Shown one piece after another: positions 1 through 10,394 of a DNA stretch of 64,000 nt. The first letter of the stretch is position 1. Every line of letters begins with the position of its first letter. The position numbers and the translations under genes are program-made. Source of the stretch: Candidatus Poribacteria bacterium. GTDB taxonomy: Bacteria > Poribacteria > WGA-4E > PCPOR2b. The stretch covers positions 192,001 to 256,000 of the forward strand of contig OZ244042.1 of the NCBI GenBank assembly GCA_965215015.1. The letters are read 5' to 3'. The notes below the pieces were generated by a model, which was not told where the DNA came from, did no database searches, and saw only the letters and a list, made by a program, of their open reading frames with translations.

Positions 1-45
1 ATTGGTATTCTTGAATATCATTTGTTAAGTTGATAGCGTGTGTAA

Positions 46-690
46 TCATTCAGATTTACGATTTGTGTTAAGCCGCTGTTGTAGCTGCTCCCGAATCATG
101 AAGTCGTCGGGGGCAACAATCCCCCCTGAAATCAGCATTTTCATAGCAGTTTCAACTTTCATGTTTGTTTCATAAATAATCTCTGGATCACAGAAGAGCA
201 AAACGCCTGTTGTCGGATTTGGACTGGTTGGGACAAAAACAGAAACCACAGGAACAGGATTCCCTTCCTCCTGGAATTCCCCCGTAACAAAGCCGATGAC
301 ACGTATCGTCGATCCGGGAGTCTTAACCGCAACTGCTCGTGTGAATTTGCTCGCATTTGAGGGCATCAAAGCCATTTGCACTACCTGTTTGACGGGGGCA
401 TAGACCTCGCGCACGAGTGGAATCTTTGTTAAAATTTTCTCGCCTGCCCCAAGTAGCTTTTGTCCCAAAAAATTAGAGACAATCAGACCCACTAGGTAAA
501 CGATCAGGATTGTCGCCAGCACTCCCATACCAATGTGATACCTGCCCCCCAAGACCTCTGACATTATCGGCGCAAGCCAGCTATCAATCGTAGTGAAAAG
601 GAAGCGCAGCACAAAAAAAGTGACACCCAACGGTATCAGCGTCAGAATTCCTGTGATTAGTGTACTCTTGAAATGTCTTTTGATTCTCAT
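46..690 (-). CDS. DUF502 family membrane protein
   Basis: 214-aa ORF with two N-terminal TM segments, 'IPLVREVY..VKQ' and the family motif 'VFVPTSPNPTTG..L...KMLISGG'. Confidence 0.85.
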   Translation of the reverse strand: MRIKRHFKSTLITGILTLIPLGVTFFVLRFLFTTIDSWLAPIMSEVLGGRYHIGMGVLATILIVYLVGLIVSNFLGQKLLGAGEKILTKIPLVREVYAPVKQVVQMALMPSNASKFTRAVAVKTPGSTIRVIGFVTGEFQEEGNPVPVVSVFVPTSPNPTTGVLLFCDPEIIYETNMKVETAMKMLISGGIVAPDDFMIREQLQQRLNTNRKSE

Positions 691-1184
691 TTTTGCTTGT
701 ATTAAAAAATATAACTAATCTGATGTCAGTCAAATACCTTTCGTCCGTCGTTAATTGCGCTATGAAATCAAAAATTTAATGCCGCAAGTTACTACTTATA
801 GGGTAAATTGCAGCTGGGGTGAATGAGAACCAAAGTGTGAAAATCAGTGCTCGACGAGGTTCGCTGAGTAAACACCTTTATAACTGTTCACCCCAAATGG
901 CTTAGATGTGTTTATCCGAGCTGAGCGGAGCTAGCAAATACAACGCAAAACGGAAAAAAAGGTTCAAAATATTCCAATTTCCGATAGGTAGCAGCTTAGA
1001 TTTTAATATGCTAAATATGATAGCATACAATCTAAGCGTCGTCAATCAGGTTGCTCATTTCTACGGTCAAATAATTGTCGTAGAAGTTTCTCTGAAATGC
1101 GTAAAACTTGTTGTTATTCAGGTCCAATCGCGTTAAAATACAGTCGGCTTAACATAAAAATAGACTCAGGGAAGGGGTAAGATT

Positions 1185-2354
1185 GTGAAAATCACTAAAA
1201 TTGAGACGCTTCGGGCGAGCCGATTCATGTACGTCAAAGTGGAGACGGATGAAGATATCACAGGGATCGGCGAGCTCCATCCAGCTAGCGGTACCGGCGG
1301 CACGCCATTTGTGCCAATCGCAGGGGTCAAATATTGCGCCGAATACCTTGTCGGCAAAAACCCTCTGCATATCGAACGCCACTGGCAGCATACATTTCGT
1401 CGCTGTTTATTCCGCGGCGGCGCAGACGTGATGGCCGCCATCGGTACAATCGATATCGCCTTGTGGGACATCAAAGGCAAAGTGCTTGGCGCACCGGTTT
1501 ATGAACTGATCGGCGGGCCCACACGGGAGAAGGTTCGTCTTTATACACATCTAGGCGGCACCACGTCCGAAGAATTGGCAGAGCAGGCATCCGCCCGTGT
1601 GGAAGAAGGGTTCACCGCGGTTCGGTTGTATCCGTTCGGTGATTTCGGTGTCTCCGATTTCGAGGAAGGACACGGTCTGGAAAACATGAGTTATACCGCT
1701 ATGGTTCGCAATGCAGAACAGCGGGTCGCAGCAGTCAGGGACGCCGTGGGGCCCGACGTAGACGTGATGATTGATGTCGTCAACCGACTCACCCCAGCGG
1801 AAGCCATCGCTGTGGGACGGGCACTTGAGCCGTACGACCTATACTTTTTCGAGGATCCGATTGAGCCTGAAAATATGGAGGCATGGGAGCACGTCGCAGC
1901 TAGCGTTCCAATGCCACTGGCGATGGGGGAACGACTCTATACAATTTACCAGTTCCGAGATCTGCTGAACCATAACGGCGCTGCATTCGTCCGTCCTGAC
2001 TTGTCGCTCGCCGGGGGCATCACCAATGTCAAGAAAATCGCAACGCTTGCAGAAGCAAGCTACATCGGTGTCGTACCGCACAATCCGTTAAGTTGTGTCC
2101 TTACTGCCGCGTGTGTGCAAATTGATGCAGCCATTCACAATCTTGCGGTGCAAGAGTATCCGTTGGGTGAAGATAAAGCCCCGAAACGCGATCTTGTCAA
2201 AGAACCGATTAAGCGGGAAGGCGGCTATTTAATCCTTCCAGACACGCCGGGAATCGGGATTGAGCTCAACGAAGAAGCATTTAAGCATTATCCTCCTGAG
2301 CCGTATGTGCGCCCACCCCTCATAACCCCGGATGGGGGACTGAAGGAGTATTAA
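1185..2354 (+). CDS. Mandelate racemase/muconate lactonizing (galactonate dehydratase-like) enolase-superfamily enzyme
   Basis: 'IDIALWDIKGK', 'FFEDP', 'GERLY', 'RPDLSLAGGI', 'PHNP', 'PGIGIEL' motifs; GTG start after GGAAGGGG. Confidence 0.9.
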   Translation: MKITKIETLRASRFMYVKVETDEDITGIGELHPASGTGGTPFVPIAGVKYCAEYLVGKNPLHIERHWQHTFRRCLFRGGADVMAAIGTIDIALWDIKGKVLGAPVYELIGGPTREKVRLYTHLGGTTSEELAEQASARVEEGFTAVRLYPFGDFGVSDFEEGHGLENMSYTAMVRNAEQRVAAVRDAVGPDVDVMIDVVNRLTPAEAIAVGRALEPYDLYFFEDPIEPENMEAWEHVAASVPMPLAMGERLYTIYQFRDLLNHNGAAFVRPDLSLAGGITNVKKIATLAEASYIGVVPHNPLSCVLTAACVQIDAAIHNLAVQEYPLGEDKAPKRDLVKEPIKREGGYLILPDTPGIGIELNEEAFKHYPPEPYVRPPLITPDGGLKEY

Positions 2355-2380
2355 TGCTCTGGTATTAGAAACCAGGGTTT

Positions 2381-2404
2381 GTAGTAGCGCAATTTATTGC
2401 GCGT
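2381..2404 (+). repeat. GTAG-type REP family A (GTAGTAGCGCAATTNATTGCGCGT); other copies at 5918-5941, 10448-10471, 35333-35356
   Basis: Four near-identical intergenic copies with a GTAG foot and a GCGCAAT-NN-ATTGCGC hairpin. Confidence 0.85.
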
Positions 2405-2416
2405 GGTTTACCAGTA

Positions 2417-3505
2417 TTAATGCCCTGGTATTGGAAACCAGGCCCCACCGGTTTTTCTCGCTAGTGCCTTTTGCTCACGCTCGGCTTTGAGTGGATCATC
2501 GGATTCAGTTTCATCAACGCCCCCAATTATATCCATCGTTATCTCTGCTTCCCAACACTGTCGTAGCACTTCGCTAAGTGTATAAGGACCTGTGCACGGT
2601 GCATCGGTAATGAGGATAAAACGACGTCGTGCCTCCGGACGGAATTTTATCCTCGATATCGATTTGGCAATCGCCTCATAAGCCCGTTCAGTCCCACCAC
2701 ACTTGACGTTTTCTAGGAGGCGTTCATACCTCTGGTAATCCTTTGTTGGTTGGTGAAAGTGCTGTGCCAAATACTTAAACGGCACCATTGCCATCGTAAA
2801 ATCCAACCCTTCTGCTCGGAAGATTTCTACCATATCAATGAGATGCCTGCCCACCGCGCGGATATTATCTTCCATACTGCCACTGGTATCCAACAAAAAG
2901 ACAATATCTACAGTCGGTGAATCTTTCCCGCTCGCAATGCCGCTGGCGATTGTCTGAAGCAGCGATCCAATCTGTGCATCACGATCAAGCACCGGTGCTT
3001 CAATACCATCAGTTTGTGATTCTTGTCTTTGCGAAAGATTGTGTTTGGCTTCGCTGGACGTTGATCGAGGGATTGCGGCCGCGGTTTCTAGCAATTCGCC
3101 AACTGATTCGTACAAACGCTGACTATCTTCGGAGGTTTCTGCAAACAGGGTATCTGATGTGCGTAGTAAGTGTGCAGTTGTACTTAGCGGTTTAGCCTCC
3201 AACCGAACCTGTGGATTCACTACCTCTAAACCCTTTGAAGACAGTAATGGAGTGGAAGACGCATTATTTGCGTCAAGTTGGGGGGGGAGGTTAGCATGAA
3301 AGATTGGCTTTTTCATATCTACAGGATGAAGGCGTTGGGAATGGAGCTCGACCTCGATCAGTTCCGCAACAATCGGCTCCGGGGGCGGTGGTTGGTACCA
3401 TCGCGGCAAACTGACGCTAACCACAAGAACTACTGTTAAGTGCACTAGCAAGGAGATAACAAACGAGAAGCGTGTGCGCCGCCTGGCTCGGGTTCGATTA
3501 TACAT
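2417..3505 (-). CDS. Membrane-anchored von Willebrand factor A domain protein
   Basis: 'SLLVHL' TM anchor, Pro-rich linker, MIDAS 'DIVFLLDTSGSM', 'GGTE', 'ILITDAP'; ORF extends to 3646 but ATG 3505 fits the anchor better. Confidence 0.8.
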   Translation of the reverse strand: MYNRTRARRRTRFSFVISLLVHLTVVLVVSVSLPRWYQPPPPEPIVAELIEVELHSQRLHPVDMKKPIFHANLPPQLDANNASSTPLLSSKGLEVVNPQVRLEAKPLSTTAHLLRTSDTLFAETSEDSQRLYESVGELLETAAAIPRSTSSEAKHNLSQRQESQTDGIEAPVLDRDAQIGSLLQTIASGIASGKDSPTVDIVFLLDTSGSMEDNIRAVGRHLIDMVEIFRAEGLDFTMAMVPFKYLAQHFHQPTKDYQRYERLLENVKCGGTERAYEAIAKSISRIKFRPEARRRFILITDAPCTGPYTLSEVLRQCWEAEITMDIIGGVDETESDDPLKAEREQKALARKTGGAWFPIPGH

Positions 3506-3845
3506 CGGAGACCATCGATAGTTGTCAGGCGCGGGAGAGGAACCGTGAGTCTTAGAACGTTGAAAGTCAGGTAGGGCACTTTTTCTGTAAAATCTGTAAA
3601 ACTTGAATCCTGATGTGCGATGCTTAAACGTGGTTAGCCAATTCATTAGATTTCCCCATTCGCCGATTTGCTCACTGCGATTTTATCACCAAACGTTCTC
3701 TATGTCAAAAAAATCCTGCTTGAGATCAAGCCAATCAAAGGATGGAGAATAGATATTTTGCTTGCAGGTTCAAAGACAGGTGTGTTACAATAAATTTGAT
3801 TTTCACGTATTCGGGGATTTAGGCTTCATGATTGGAATGGGAACC

Positions 3846-4358
3846 ATGGAAGCAAATGTACTGGTATTAAATGCAAGCTATGAAGCAATCAACGTTTGCA
3901 GCCTAGGGCGTGCAATCAAGATGCTTGTCAAGGGTGTAGCGTGCATGGAGGAAGTTTCTGATCTCGAAATTCGTTCGCCGACTGTTTCGATGAAGATACC
4001 GTTGGTAATCCGTTTAATCAATTATGTCCATATCCCGCACTGCGTTGTGAAGTTTTCACGAAAAAATGTTTTGGTTCGAGATCAATACACATGCCAATAT
4101 TGCAATCAACATTTCCCACCATCAACCCTAACGATTGATCACATCATCCCCCGTTCAAAGGGAGGGACAACCGTGTGGGAAAATGTGGCGACAGCGTGTA
4201 AAACCTGTAACTCCAAGAAGGGAGATCGCACCCCTCATGAAGCTCGTATGTTCCCCAAACGTTCGCCCAAGGCACCCTCGATTATCTCCTATCTACACTT
4301 GAGCCGCAATGGTCGATCCTATGACGAATCTTGGAAAAAGTACCTGTACATCAACTGA
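3846..4358 (+). CDS. HNH endonuclease (McrA-like, conserved stand-alone type)
   Basis: 'VLVLNASYE', 'RDQYTCQYC', 'TIDHIIPRSKGG..W.N..TAC..CN..KG'. Confidence 0.9.
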   Translation: MEANVLVLNASYEAINVCSLGRAIKMLVKGVACMEEVSDLEIRSPTVSMKIPLVIRLINYVHIPHCVVKFSRKNVLVRDQYTCQYCNQHFPPSTLTIDHIIPRSKGGTTVWENVATACKTCNSKKGDRTPHEARMFPKRSPKAPSIISYLHLSRNGRSYDESWKKYLYIN

Positions 4359-4385
4359 CTTGATGAACCCTCCGATCAACCGAAT

Positions 4386-5165
4386 TTGTGTCTTACCTTA
4401 CTAGAAAGACTCATGTTAAGAAATCGTGTAACAGAAACCGAAGATGGCAAAATTGTATCTATTGAGGAAATTCGCAAAAAATCGCGGAGGCTTCTCTGTT
4501 CCTATCATGTGTATATGGCTAATGTCTTGATGGTGAGCCTTCCATTCCTACTGTTGGCTTGTACCTTACAAGCCCCAGAAGATTATTACTATGAGTTCGC
4601 TCTGATGGAGGGGTGGGGGAAAATGAACCGACAGAAAACTGGCAGACAGCTTCATGAAGTCATACACCACCCGGAGAATAGCGAACCACTTGTGATCGCA
4701 TTTGAAGTTGGCAAACCGCCCGCGGCATTGCTCGGTTTTGTCCCGTATAATATTCCAGATTTACCGCAGGTAGATCAACTACCTAATAGGGCGAACCCGC
4801 AGGTGCCAATTTCACTACGGGGTGAAGTATTGCGCCAACTTTTTGATGAAAAACAAATTCGGGTTGTGCATTGGCGATTAAGTAATGGTCGCCTGAAGGG
4901 CAATCAAAACATTGTGCTGCTCAACTTTATTCCCCGTGCATTCTCTGAACGCGCAATCAAGGAGGAGTTCCTGATAATCTTTGCGATTGTGCATGCAGCG
5001 CAAACACAAGCGGATACAATTGATGCGATACGAAGCATGGCAGAGGACGAAAACGGTACGCCGCAGATGAGCGTGGAGGCTCAAGTCGCAAATTATACAG
5101 CCTATCTTCAAGGAAAAATTGACGGACAGCAGTGGGAGCAGCGACTTCGACTCCAGAGATTTTAA
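4386..5165 (+). CDS. Hypothetical protein, possible lipoprotein (start uncertain)
   Basis: 259-aa ORF directly upstream of rnpA; hydrophobic stretch ending 'LLLAC'. Confidence 0.6.
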   Translation: MCLTLLERLMLRNRVTETEDGKIVSIEEIRKKSRRLLCSYHVYMANVLMVSLPFLLLACTLQAPEDYYYEFALMEGWGKMNRQKTGRQLHEVIHHPENSEPLVIAFEVGKPPAALLGFVPYNIPDLPQVDQLPNRANPQVPISLRGEVLRQLFDEKQIRVVHWRLSNGRLKGNQNIVLLNFIPRAFSERAIKEEFLIIFAIVHAAQTQADTIDAIRSMAEDENGTPQMSVEAQVANYTAYLQGKIDGQQWEQRLRLQRF

Positions 5166-5166
5166 T

Positions 5167-5517
5167 ATGGCGCATAAGGTTCATCCGAATAGACTGACAC
5201 AACGTTGGGAATTTCAACGAGGCTATAAAAAAGGGGAAAAGTACTGGAATCGCCACCTTGTTATATATGTTGTCAAACAGTCTTTAGGTTCCACCCGTTT
5301 GGGTATCACTGTCAGTAAAAAGGTTGGCAACAGTGTTAAACGGAATCGCCTCAAACGCCTAATCCGGGAATCGTTTAGATTATCAAAGCAGCACACACGT
5401 CTGGGATATGATATCGTCGCTGTTGGCAGATCTGCGGCGGTCGGTGTGAAATGCCAACAAGTTCAAGCGTCATTCTTACAACTTCTACAACGAGCCAAGG
5501 TATACAAGTCTGAGTGA
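5167..5517 (+). CDS. rnpA: Ribonuclease P protein component
   Basis: RNR motif 'RLGITVSKKVGNSVKRNRLKRLIRE'; operon context. Confidence 0.95.
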   Translation: MAHKVHPNRLTQRWEFQRGYKKGEKYWNRHLVIYVVKQSLGSTRLGITVSKKVGNSVKRNRLKRLIRESFRLSKQHTRLGYDIVAVGRSAAVGVKCQQVQASFLQLLQRAKVYKSE

Positions 5518-5592
5518 TTCGGCACGCATGTAAACCTGTTAAATTATATAAGCCCAGCAGGGCTGGGACTTTTGAGCCGTTTTGTGGATGCC

Positions 5593-5802
5593 ATGAAAAT
5601 CGTCCTCATTTATGCCATACACTGCTATCGCAAACTGATTTCACCGCTCTTTCCACCAACCTGCCGGTTTTATCCAACGTGCTCTCAATATGCCCTTGAA
5701 GCAATCACAAAGTATGGAGTTTTGAAAGGTGGGTGGCTTGCGCTCAAACGACTATCCAAGTGCCACCCCTATCACCCCGGCGGTTATCATCCCCTTAAAT
5801 AA
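5593..5802 (+). CDS. yidD: Membrane protein insertion efficiency factor
   Basis: '[17 protein letters not shown]...[10 protein letters not shown]'. Confidence 0.95.
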   Translation: MKIVLIYAIHCYRKLISPLFPPTCRFYPTCSQYALEAITKYGVLKGGWLALKRLSKCHPYHPGGYHPLK

Positions 5803-5849
5803 AAGGGAATAAGCCGTTACTGGCTTCTAATAAAACGCAAAGAAAAGAA

Positions 5850-5995
5850 CTTATGCCTCCCCCCGCTTGCGGGGGACTGAGGGGTGGGCCGTAAGTATTC
5901 CCTTGGGACCGCAACTCGTAGTAGCGCAATTCATGGCGCGTATCTTTACGCCGGGCCTTGCCCCCCTCCCTCTGCTTGCGGGGGATAGAGGGGTT
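5850..5995. repeat. Cluster of GC-rich palindromic REP-like elements inside the yidD-yidC spacer
   Basis: CCTCCCCCCGCTTGCGGGGGACTGAGGGG and CCCCTCCCTCTGCTTGCGGGGGATAGAGGGG flanking a family-A REP. Confidence 0.7.
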
Positions 5996-6097
5996 AAAGG
6001 GGAGCGACTTTGCGTTCAGTTCAGAGAAAAGCCAATAACTACTCATTGCGAAATAAAATTCTAGCGTTGGGGAAATTGTCATGAGGAGATTCTTTAA

Positions 6098-7999
6098 ATG
6101 GAGAAACGTTATATCTTAGCCCTTGTGCTCATGGTTGCTGTGATGTTTGGTTGGAGTTGGTTTTATGGTCGAAAACTGCCCAAACCTACGCAAACAACCG
6201 AACAAGCGACTGAGCAAACAAGGGAGGCTTCACCCATCTCACCAGATCCATCATCATCTGATAGTTCTTTATCCGGTAGAACAACAGTTGATACAGGTCA
6301 ATCAGTGCAAGTAGAGGCACTGCCCCGCCCCCGGCAGCCGGTAAAGGAGGGTAAAACGGTTCATGTCGAGACCGGAAAATACGATATTATGTTTTCAGTT
6401 GGACGATTCGCTTACGCCCACAAATGGGCACTTAAAGAATACCCAGATAGATCCGGTATGAGCGAACCGTTGTTTAACCTAATCCCAGAAACAGCCCAAA
6501 ACTGTCTGTCAATCCACTTTCTTAATCAAGACTTGACAACCGATGCTATGGACACGTTTTGGGAGACGGACAAAATGGAGCTCGTTCTCACAGATCAAAA
6601 CCCGTACGATACCCTTACATTCAGCAAGCAGGTTGGAGAAAACCTCAAGGTTCTCAAGAAATTTACGTTTTACTACCATAGCTACTACGCTGATCTTGAA
6701 TTGACGTTCCAAAATTTGTCGAATCAACCGTTAATTTCTCTTGATATGATGAGTGATAACCGTAACGGGTATAAACTCCGTTGGGGCCCTGGGATAAATG
6801 CAGATCTGCTTACACATGAACGCAAAAATGATAAACGAGGACGCCATAATCCGAAAAGCGAAGGTGCCAGAGCCTTGAGCAGTGGTGCTAGCAAACCGGT
6901 TAAAAAATTTGATGACTCTCAAAGTACGAATATAGCATTATGGGCGGGTGTGAATAATAAATATTTTGCTGCACTCATGATTCCAGATGGAGTGCTCAAC
7001 GCCACATACGAACTCGAAACTCTCTTAGACAACGGAACAACAGCACCAGCGGCTATTACTGCCCCAGCGGAAGCCGCAAGCCTCATTATTCCCGGATTTT
7101 CATTGGATTCCCACAAAAGCCGGACAGACCAATTCCGTATCTATGTCGGTCCAAAGGAGTACAAAGTTCTAAAAACAATCGTGCCACCGGGAACTCAGGA
7201 GGAAGACCTCCAACTTGCTGATATTATCGACTTCGGTTTCTTTTGGTATATTGCTTGGGTCATGCTTTGGCTACTGAATTTCTTTTATGGCATTATCAAC
7301 AATTATGGGGTTGCCATCATTCTGCTGACTTTATTAGTAAAGGTGGTTTCATACCCCCTTACCCGTAAAGGTTATAAGTCGATGCAAGCGATGCAGAAAC
7401 TGCAACCCCTGCTTACGGAGATCCGTGAAAAGCATCGAGATGATCCTCAGAAACTCAATAAAGCAACGATGCAATTATACAAAGAACATGGTGTTAATCC
7501 ATTCGGTGGTTGCATTCCTTGGATTCCACAGATCCCGGTCTTTATCGCGCTATTTGCACTCCTTGGTAATGCCGTTGAACTACGAGGTGAGCCCTTCTTT
7601 TTATGGATAGATGATCTGGCCTCGCCCGATGTACTATTCACCCTCCCTTTTACAATTCCGTTCCTTGGAGATGCCGTTCGATTTCTACCAATTGTCAACG
7701 GGTTAACGACTTGGTTACAACAGAAGACATCAGGCGGTATGACCCCTGTGACCGACAATATGCAAGCGAAGATTATGCAATTTATGCCCTTGCTTTTTGT
7801 CTTTATCCTTTATAACTTTGCATCGGGATTGGCACTTTATTGGCTCTGCAACAATATTTTTACCATCGGACAACAGTATTTACCCAAATTGTGGCAATCT
7901 GATGAAGCGGAAGAAGAGACCCCTGTTAATACCCCATCCACAAAAAAACAACCTCAATCCAAGAGACGACAGTCCCCAACCGCGAGCCGTAAGACATGA
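6098..7999 (+). CDS. yidC: Membrane protein insertase
   Basis: N-terminal TM, periplasmic domain with 'YVGPK', 'NYGVAIILLTLLVK', 'GVNPFGGC..QIPVF', 'SGLALYW'. Confidence 0.95.
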   Translation: MEKRYILALVLMVAVMFGWSWFYGRKLPKPTQTTEQATEQTREASPISPDPSSSDSSLSGRTTVDTGQSVQVEALPRPRQPVKEGKTVHVETGKYDIMFSVGRFAYAHKWALKEYPDRSGMSEPLFNLIPETAQNCLSIHFLNQDLTTDAMDTFWETDKMELVLTDQNPYDTLTFSKQVGENLKVLKKFTFYYHSYYADLELTFQNLSNQPLISLDMMSDNRNGYKLRWGPGINADLLTHERKNDKRGRHNPKSEGARALSSGASKPVKKFDDSQSTNIALWAGVNNKYFAALMIPDGVLNATYELETLLDNGTTAPAAITAPAEAASLIIPGFSLDSHKSRTDQFRIYVGPKEYKVLKTIVPPGTQEEDLQLADIIDFGFFWYIAWVMLWLLNFFYGIINNYGVAIILLTLLVKVVSYPLTRKGYKSMQAMQKLQPLLTEIREKHRDDPQKLNKATMQLYKEHGVNPFGGCIPWIPQIPVFIALFALLGNAVELRGEPFFLWIDDLASPDVLFTLPFTIPFLGDAVRFLPIVNGLTTWLQQKTSGGMTPVTDNMQAKIMQFMPLLFVFILYNFASGLALYWLCNNIFTIGQQYLPKLWQSDEAEEETPVNTPSTKKQPQSKRRQSPTASRKT

Positions 8000-8082
8000 G
8001 ATGCGGAACGCGAACCATAGATTCCAATAATACTATTCAATAATTATAGATATTATACGGTTATTCAGGAGGATACTGAATC

Positions 8083-8733
8083 GTGCACCAATATGTTGAA
8101 GTTGAAGAAGATACAACAGAGGAAGCCTTGGAGGCAGCCCTTAAAAAACTTAGTGCGAGTCGTGAACAAGTGAGTGTAAGGGTTATACATGAACCCACGA
8201 AAGGTATCCTTGGCTTAGGGGCAAAACTGGCTAAAATCCGTGTGACCCTAAAAGAGGATATTTCTCCGACGCCAGAGACGGTACTTCATGAAATTCTAAG
8301 TCGTATGGGGCTTGAGGTGCAGATTGAATCTCAAATCATCAATGGGAGTATACATCTTACAGTGAATTCCGATAATCCCGGTATACTAATCGGTAAACAT
8401 GGGCAGACACTGAATGCCGTCGAATATTTGCTGAATTGTATATTAAATAGGTCCTCTCTCGTAAAAAAGAAAGTGTTTGTTGACGCGGAAGGATACCGGG
8501 AACGGCGCAAGCAGATGCTAATTGATCTGGCTTATCGTGCTGCTGCAAAGGTTAAACAGACTCATCAAGAGATTGTCCTCGACCCGATGCCCCCTCGAGA
8601 CCGCCGGATTATTCATGTTACCTTACAATCAGATGAGCATATTCGCACGTATAGCCGGGGTGAGGGAATGATGCGGCGTGTTGCTGTCACCACACGCGAA
8701 AGATATGAAACAAGCTCAAAGCAGTATGATTGA
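8083..8733 (+). CDS. jag: Jag/EloR RNA-binding protein (Jag-N, KH, R3H)
   Basis: KH 'GILIGKHGQTL', R3H 'RRIIH', between yidC and mnmE. Confidence 0.92.
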   Translation: MHQYVEVEEDTTEEALEAALKKLSASREQVSVRVIHEPTKGILGLGAKLAKIRVTLKEDISPTPETVLHEILSRMGLEVQIESQIINGSIHLTVNSDNPGILIGKHGQTLNAVEYLLNCILNRSSLVKKKVFVDAEGYRERRKQMLIDLAYRAAAKVKQTHQEIVLDPMPPRDRRIIHVTLQSDEHIRTYSRGEGMMRRVAVTTRERYETSSKQYD

Positions 8734-10111
8734 ATCGGATACAATTGCAGCGATTGCAACACCACGGGGAGAAGGGGGGGTCGGTATTGTCCGTGTGAGC
8801 GGCAGCCTCGCTATTCCCATTGCCTCCCAGATTTTTCGTTCGCCATGCCACATTTCCCCAGCAGAGCTGCCGAGCCACACGCTGAATTATGGACATGTTG
8901 TCCAATCATCATCGGGAAAGGTTATTGATGAAGTAATGCTCGGTATCATGCGGGCCCCAAAATCGTATACAGCGGAGGATGTCGTTGAATTTAACTGTCA
9001 CGGTGGTATTGTACCCCTCAGAGGTGTGCTTGAGCTCACATTGAAAGCCGGAGCGCGTCTCGCAACGCCGGGCGAATTTACCAAACGCGCTTTTCTCAAC
9101 GGGCGGATAGACTTAGCGCAAGCAGAAGCAGTCGTAGATCTCATTCGTTCAAAAACTGACCTCACCCGTCAGATTGCAATAGACCAGTTGTCTGGAAACC
9201 TATCCCAAACGATTAACACACTCAACAATCGGCTTGCGAATCTGCTAGCGGAAGTCGAGGCGTCTATCGATTTTCCTGAAGAAGAACTCGATTTCATGGA
9301 TTTAGCGGTGATGAGGCAAACCGCCCAAGACATCCTTGATGACTTGGACCGGTTGACTGCAACTGCATCGGACGGTAAACTCCTGCGCGAAGGTCTCAAC
9401 ATTGCAATACTCGGACGACCAAACGTCGGGAAATCAAGTTTGCTAAACACGTTGTTGCAGGAAGATCGAGCGATAGTCACGGAAATACCGGGGACGACAC
9501 GGGATACAATCGAAGCACCACTAGACCTCGGTGGGATTCCGATCAAGTTGATAGACACCGCCGGGATACATCAAACAACAGATATTGTTGAACAGCAAGG
9601 AGTCGCGCGGAGTAAAGCCTATCTTGACCGCGCTGATTTGCTTTTAATCATGTTTGATTCATCTCGCTCATTAACTAGAGAAGATCGAGAACTGCTCCAC
9701 GCGGCGAAAGTCCGCAAATCAATTCTCATTCTGAACAAAGTTGACCTCCCTATTGTAACAACTCCCGCAGACCTATACACCCATTCACCTCAGAAGCCGG
9801 TGGTTCAGACCTCTCTCCTCAATAGCAAAGGAGTCGAAGAGTTGAAATCCGCGGTTCATCAAGAGATTCTTGAAGGAGATGCAATATGGGGTGATTCTCC
9901 AATTGTTACAAACGTCCGTCACCACGATGCGTTGCGTCGAGGAACGCTCGCGCTGGGTCATGCAATAGAGAGCTTTACCCAACAGATGCCTCCAGATCTT
10001 GTGGCAGTAGATCTGCGCAGCAGTTTGGATTGTCTCGGCGAAATTGTTGGCAAAACAACGACAGAAGATATTTTGGGCAGAATTTTCTCCCAATTCTGTG
10101 TAGGTAAGTGA
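8726..10111 (+). CDS. mnmE: tRNA modification GTPase
   Basis: 'DTIAAIATP.GEGG', P-loop 'GRPNVGKSS', 'DTAG', 'NKVD', C-terminal 'FSQFCVGK'. Confidence 0.97.
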   Translation: MIESDTIAAIATPRGEGGVGIVRVSGSLAIPIASQIFRSPCHISPAELPSHTLNYGHVVQSSSGKVIDEVMLGIMRAPKSYTAEDVVEFNCHGGIVPLRGVLELTLKAGARLATPGEFTKRAFLNGRIDLAQAEAVVDLIRSKTDLTRQIAIDQLSGNLSQTINTLNNRLANLLAEVEASIDFPEEELDFMDLAVMRQTAQDILDDLDRLTATASDGKLLREGLNIAILGRPNVGKSSLLNTLLQEDRAIVTEIPGTTRDTIEAPLDLGGIPIKLIDTAGIHQTTDIVEQQGVARSKAYLDRADLLLIMFDSSRSLTREDRELLHAAKVRKSILILNKVDLPIVTTPADLYTHSPQKPVVQTSLLNSKGVEELKSAVHQEILEGDAIWGDSPIVTNVRHHDALRRGTLALGHAIESFTQQMPPDLVAVDLRSSLDCLGEIVGKTTTEDILGRIFSQFCVGK

Positions 10112-10367
10112 AATAAAGCGATGGTACTAACCATACTGCAAGTCCTCATGATAGGCATCGAACTACACTCTCTGAAAATAACCTAAGTGTTACCTACCCT
10201 ATAACAGCGTTGTTACTTGTTGTTCTCCTGCCAGCCTGAAACGTAATGCGTAAGCCGTTCATTATGGGCACGGGTTCATTGGTGGATTGATTCATTCGGT
10301 CAATTGTAGTAGGTACGCTTCCCCCCGATAAATCGGGATTGAGAAACGTGCCATCAGTTGCATAGGA

Positions 10368-10394
10368 GTTACGGCATACGGAGTATGCCGTAAC
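10368..10394. repeat. GTAG-type REP family B (GTAGTAGGCATACNNCGTATGCCGTAACC); related copies at 16457-16482, 20085-20113, 20958-20986
   Basis: GGCATAC...GTATGCC hairpin recurring in intergenic regions in both orientations. Confidence 0.8.

Noticed and set aside
3846-4358. HNH gene as IscB/Cas9-like or defence nuclease
   Set aside because: Short stand-alone HNH with no RuvC or PLMP motif and no adjacent RNA, array or methylase
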